This document shows, one piece after another, positions 60,907-64,000 of a DNA stretch of 64,000 nt. The stretch lies in NCBI GenBank assembly GCA_041736175.1, contig JBGSUI010000249.1:1-64000 (forward strand). The letters run 5' to 3'. The stretch's first letter is position 1, and every line of letters begins with the position of its first letter. The position numbers were made by a program, and so were the translations under genes. Below the pieces are notes generated by a model, which searched no databases, was not told the origin of the DNA, and saw only the letters and a program-made list of their open reading frames with translations. This DNA is from Oligoflexales bacterium. GTDB lineage: Bacteria > Bdellovibrionota_B > Oligoflexia > Oligoflexales > CAIYRB01.

Positions 60907-62955
60907 TTATGGACTTACTTCGAGGCTTCCTTGACAAAACTCGCCTATGTAACAAACAATTTCCGATTTAACGTAGAGTTCTAGATTGCGGTGCAGCCAA
61001 ATGGCAAAGTCTCGAATAGAATATACTGGTGCGTAACTCTCCTCCAAACTAGCCCGCGTCCCTAAAATAAGCGCCCCTAATTGCCTAGATCCTACTCCTT
61101 TAGGGAGAGGCTCCTTCAAAATTCTAACACCCTTTGGCACAAACGATTTGAAGGAATCAGGATTCAACTTAAAACCACTACTTAACTGGGCGTTATTGAT
61201 CATTTCGACATTGTCGCGCATCAGCACAAGTGGGTAGATTCGATTGATGATCTGTCCGTTGATAATCGCATGTCCATTGATGATTGCGTGACCATTGATA
61301 ATCACATGGCCATTGATCGATGTGTGATTGCCTACACTGGATTCGCTTTCCATATGATGGTTTTCAGCAAAACCCAAGACTTCTTGAATGATCCACTCAC
61401 CAGATAAGAGTCCAAAATTACTGTGACTTCCAAAATGCCCATAGTCGCAGTCGGAGTATTGCCTGACAATCCTAAGGGTGCGGTCAAAAGGATTAAACCG
61501 CAGTTGGCACTTTTTGTCTTTAGGCTGTACTCGAGATTCTAATTGACCGAGATTCGCTAAATTAAGGGCAATCAAGGTATTCGTCTTGTTAGGTCGTTCG
61601 ACCGTAAGTCCGATCACCTGTCCCTGACGGTTGATCACTGGTCCACCTGACATTCCTGGCTCAGCCAGCAGGCCAACCCGTGGTCCCAGGCTCCTTAGTT
61701 TCATTTTTTCGATAGGACCGAAGTTAGACGTATCATCTGTTGGGAGCTCTTCTTTTATGAGAACTCCATGCCGCTCGTCCAGTTGGCCTTTTAGGCCCAC
61801 TGGATAGCCAAAAATTCGGAGAACCCCCAGGTCGTCTGCTATGGAATCAGCCAGGGGGAGACCCTTTAGATCCTCAGTCTTTTCAAGTCCGATCACATTA
61901 GCAATCTGTGTTAAGGTTGGACCACTTTTGAGTTTTAAAATGGCCACATCTGACTCGACGTTGCGAGCGATTAATTCTGCGGCTGCTTTGACTGGAACCC
62001 CCAGGACTTGCAAGTCATACACATCGCCAAGACGACTCGATTGACTATGGGTCAGATCAAGACTCCCATGGGCGCCCTCTGAATAGAGGCTTGGAAATAA
62101 GTGAGCAGCCGTCACCACATAAACGCTACCAGGCTCTGCAAACCAGGTGTCCTGATTAAATAGTTTAGTAATTGGGCCGATATCATTAGTAATATAGCCA
62201 GATCCTAGCAAAAAGCTACCACCTAAGGTGATACTCACGACGTATTTTTTAAGACTATCGGTATCGACGACAAAATCTCGGGCTTCAACGACAGCGTTGC
62301 CTTCGGAGTAGGAATGACTTTCATCGGCTCCTAAAGGCAAATTTAAGTCTGGGCCGCTGATAAAAGTACGATCTATGGTGGATTCAGGTAAGATCACCCA
62401 AAAAACAGAATTTGGGTGGGTAAATTCGATATCACCCATGGCAAGTGCTACGGAGATCCCTATGGTTCCTGAAGGAGCGGATGGTTGAATAGTCACCTGA
62501 AGAACACACCGGTAACCAAAGTCTGTTTTTTCTTTTTGACATTCTGGTTTCGAAACCGAAATAAACTGATTTTTTTGTCCTCCACTAAAGGAATCCCTTA
62601 AAAGACGAAATGCGGGAACATAGGGCCAAGATCCCTGGATATAGGGCCGCAACATTTGGCTGGTCACCGGTTCCGTAAAGTAGGACTCAATCACAAAGGT
62701 CCTATCAACATCCTCCTTTTTTAAAACAGCCTTGATTCCAGGTGGATAAATATACTTTTCACCGGTGGCCTGAGATAGCAAGGGTTGCCACATAACAGAG
62801 CTTATGATTTTTAAATCTTCAATACCGGTCGGCACCCGTGGGGATGATGGCGAAGCCATGGCATAAGATTTTGCAGATAAAACAGCGAGGGATCCTAAAA
62901 GCAAACTGCAAAAAAGGGTTATTTCTTGAGACTTGTTACCGTTAACGATAGACAT
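60907..62955 (-). CDS. Exported S1 (trypsin-like) serine protease with accessory regions
   Basis: Signal peptide; VTAAHL, SDVAILK, PGMSGGP triad intact. Confidence 0.88.
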   Translation of the reverse strand: MSIVNGNKSQEITLFCSLLLGSLAVLSAKSYAMASPSSPRVPTGIEDLKIISSVMWQPLLSQATGEKYIYPPGIKAVLKKEDVDRTFVIESYFTEPVTSQMLRPYIQGSWPYVPAFRLLRDSFSGGQKNQFISVSKPECQKEKTDFGYRCVLQVTIQPSAPSGTIGISVALAMGDIEFTHPNSVFWVILPESTIDRTFISGPDLNLPLGADESHSYSEGNAVVEARDFVVDTDSLKKYVVSITLGGSFLLGSGYITNDIGPITKLFNQDTWFAEPGSVYVVTAAHLFPSLYSEGAHGSLDLTHSQSSRLGDVYDLQVLGVPVKAAAELIARNVESDVAILKLKSGPTLTQIANVIGLEKTEDLKGLPLADSIADDLGVLRIFGYPVGLKGQLDERHGVLIKEELPTDDTSNFGPIEKMKLRSLGPRVGLLAEPGMSGGPVINRQGQVIGLTVERPNKTNTLIALNLANLGQLESRVQPKDKKCQLRFNPFDRTLRIVRQYSDCDYGHFGSHSNFGLLSGEWIIQEVLGFAENHHMESESSVGNHTSINGHVIINGHAIINGHAIINGQIINRIYPLVLMRDNVEMINNAQLSSGFKLNPDSFKSFVPKGVRILKEPLPKGVGSRQLGALILGTRASLEESYAPVYSIRDFAIWLHRNLELYVKSEIVCYIGEFCQGSLEVSP
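61241..61332 (-). repeat. Tandem hexapeptide repeat (IINGHA-like, about four copies) within the protease
   Basis: GNHTSINGHVIINGHAIINGHAIINGQIINR. Confidence 0.85.
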
Positions 62956-63264
62956 AAGCTCTCATGAACTCCAAAAGGGTTGGAAATCGATTGAAAATCT
63001 TAACTAAGGGTATCAGAATGACCGTCAAGGACTAGTATCTTTTGATATCGAATTAAAATCAAATGTATTTCAGATGTTATCTTAATGACTCAAACACTTT
63101 CCTAACAGGAATTTCCATGAAATATTTTTTTTTCTAGTAAAAAGGGACTGTTAAGTTTTGCTCTCAGGTTTCAATGATCACAAAGTGGCTCATGATGCCT
63201 ATGAGTCTGGCCTGCTCCCAACAACTTGCTGACTTGACAGATCAGTGTCCCAAAGGTGGTCATC

Positions 63265-64000
63265 GTGAATGCATGGGAAAAAATCATCAAAACCGCTCGA
63301 GATTGTCATACCAAACAGTCTTGGGAGAGTTTTTTTTACCAATGGGGCGACCAATTAGCCACAAGCAACCATTCTAAGCCCTTGATTGAAATCTTCAGAT
63401 CATTGAAAGCCGACCCACAAAGCCCACATTATGACAGTTATATTTGGAACCGGTTGATGCAAGGTTGCCTCTCTGCATGGAATCTTGAATTAGGACGTGA
63501 AATAGCTGAATTCGTTAAAAAAATACCATCTCCAGGTATCAATCTACCGTCTGCTCAAATCTATCTTGAAAGTGGCCAACCTGGGACTGCGAGAGAAATT
63601 GCCCATCGCACCTTAAGGCTTGCCAATTTACAGTCATCAGAGCGTCTGCAACTAGAAATCTTGATTGCCAACTCATATGCAGAGGAAGGTAAAAGGCCAA
63701 AAGCAATTCGGCAGCTTGCCAAAGTTAAAGCATCCATGGAACATTTTGTGGTTTCTGACAAGGAGCGAGCAGATTTTTTGACTCATATGGCAAGGATGAA
63801 TTTTTTTCTGGGCAGATATAATGAATCAGCAGCTTTATTTTTCGATGCTGCAAATATTTACCTGACCCTCGGAGATTGGGAAGGCGCAGCAAAGGGAATT
63901 TTTAATACCGCAGCCTGTCACCTTAATGGAGGATCGACAAAACGCGATGACGCCTTTGCCATGGTGGAAAAGTGCAGAAAACTCGCAGTGGCCCATGACC
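63265..64000 (+). CDS. TPR/alpha-helical repeat protein, truncated by the window end
   Basis: GTG after AAGGTGG; frame is open to the end (MNAWEKIIK..LGRYNESAALFFDAA..AVAHD); absent from the ORF track because it has no stop. Confidence 0.75.
   Translation, partial: MNAWEKIIKTARDCHTKQSWESFFYQWGDQLATSNHSKPLIEIFRSLKADPQSPHYDSYIWNRLMQGCLSAWNLELGREIAEFVKKIPSPGINLPSAQIYLESGQPGTAREIAHRTLRLANLQSSERLQLEILIANSYAEEGKRPKAIRQLAKVKASMEHFVVSDKERADFLTHMARMNFFLGRYNESAALFFDAANIYLTLGDWEGAAKGIFNTAACHLNGGSTKRDDAFAMVEKCRKLAVAHD

Noticed and set aside
63174..63377. 67-aa ORF in the track
   Set aside because: Overlaps, in another frame, the longer open TPR-like gene starting at 63265.

Overview
A 64 kb bacterial chromosomal segment. 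Gene style suggests a delta-proteobacterial or Bdellovibrionota (Oligoflexia-like) organism; this is inference only. Housekeeping blocks are tRNA-Ala(GGC), pstSCAB-phoBR (no phoU), panC-plsB-rsgA, lipB/mtnB/sua5-like genes, and rimP-nusA-infB-rbfA-truB-metK-ruvA-ruvB. Between them lie chemotaxis and c-di-GMP genes (CheV, REC-PilZ, REC-GGEEF, PilZ) and many predicted lipoproteins. I saw no transposase, integrase, prophage, CRISPR array or reverse transcriptase. The main leads are: (1) an unannotated ~226-nt structured intergenic RNA between panC and rodZ, with a retron msr/msd-like layout but no RT in the window; (2) an accessory block at ~41.5-48.3 kb with a eukaryote-like F-box lipoprotein, a VTC/CYTH lipoprotein, a catalytically dead trypsin and an AAA_14-DUF4143 ATPase; (3) a two-lipoprotein cassette (FrpC self-processing-module-like plus clan-CD peptidase-like) bracketed by a 10-bp direct repeat; (4) several sigma28-like promoters; (5) several exported pseudo-enzymes. 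All protein calls come from reading motifs by eye; no database search was run.
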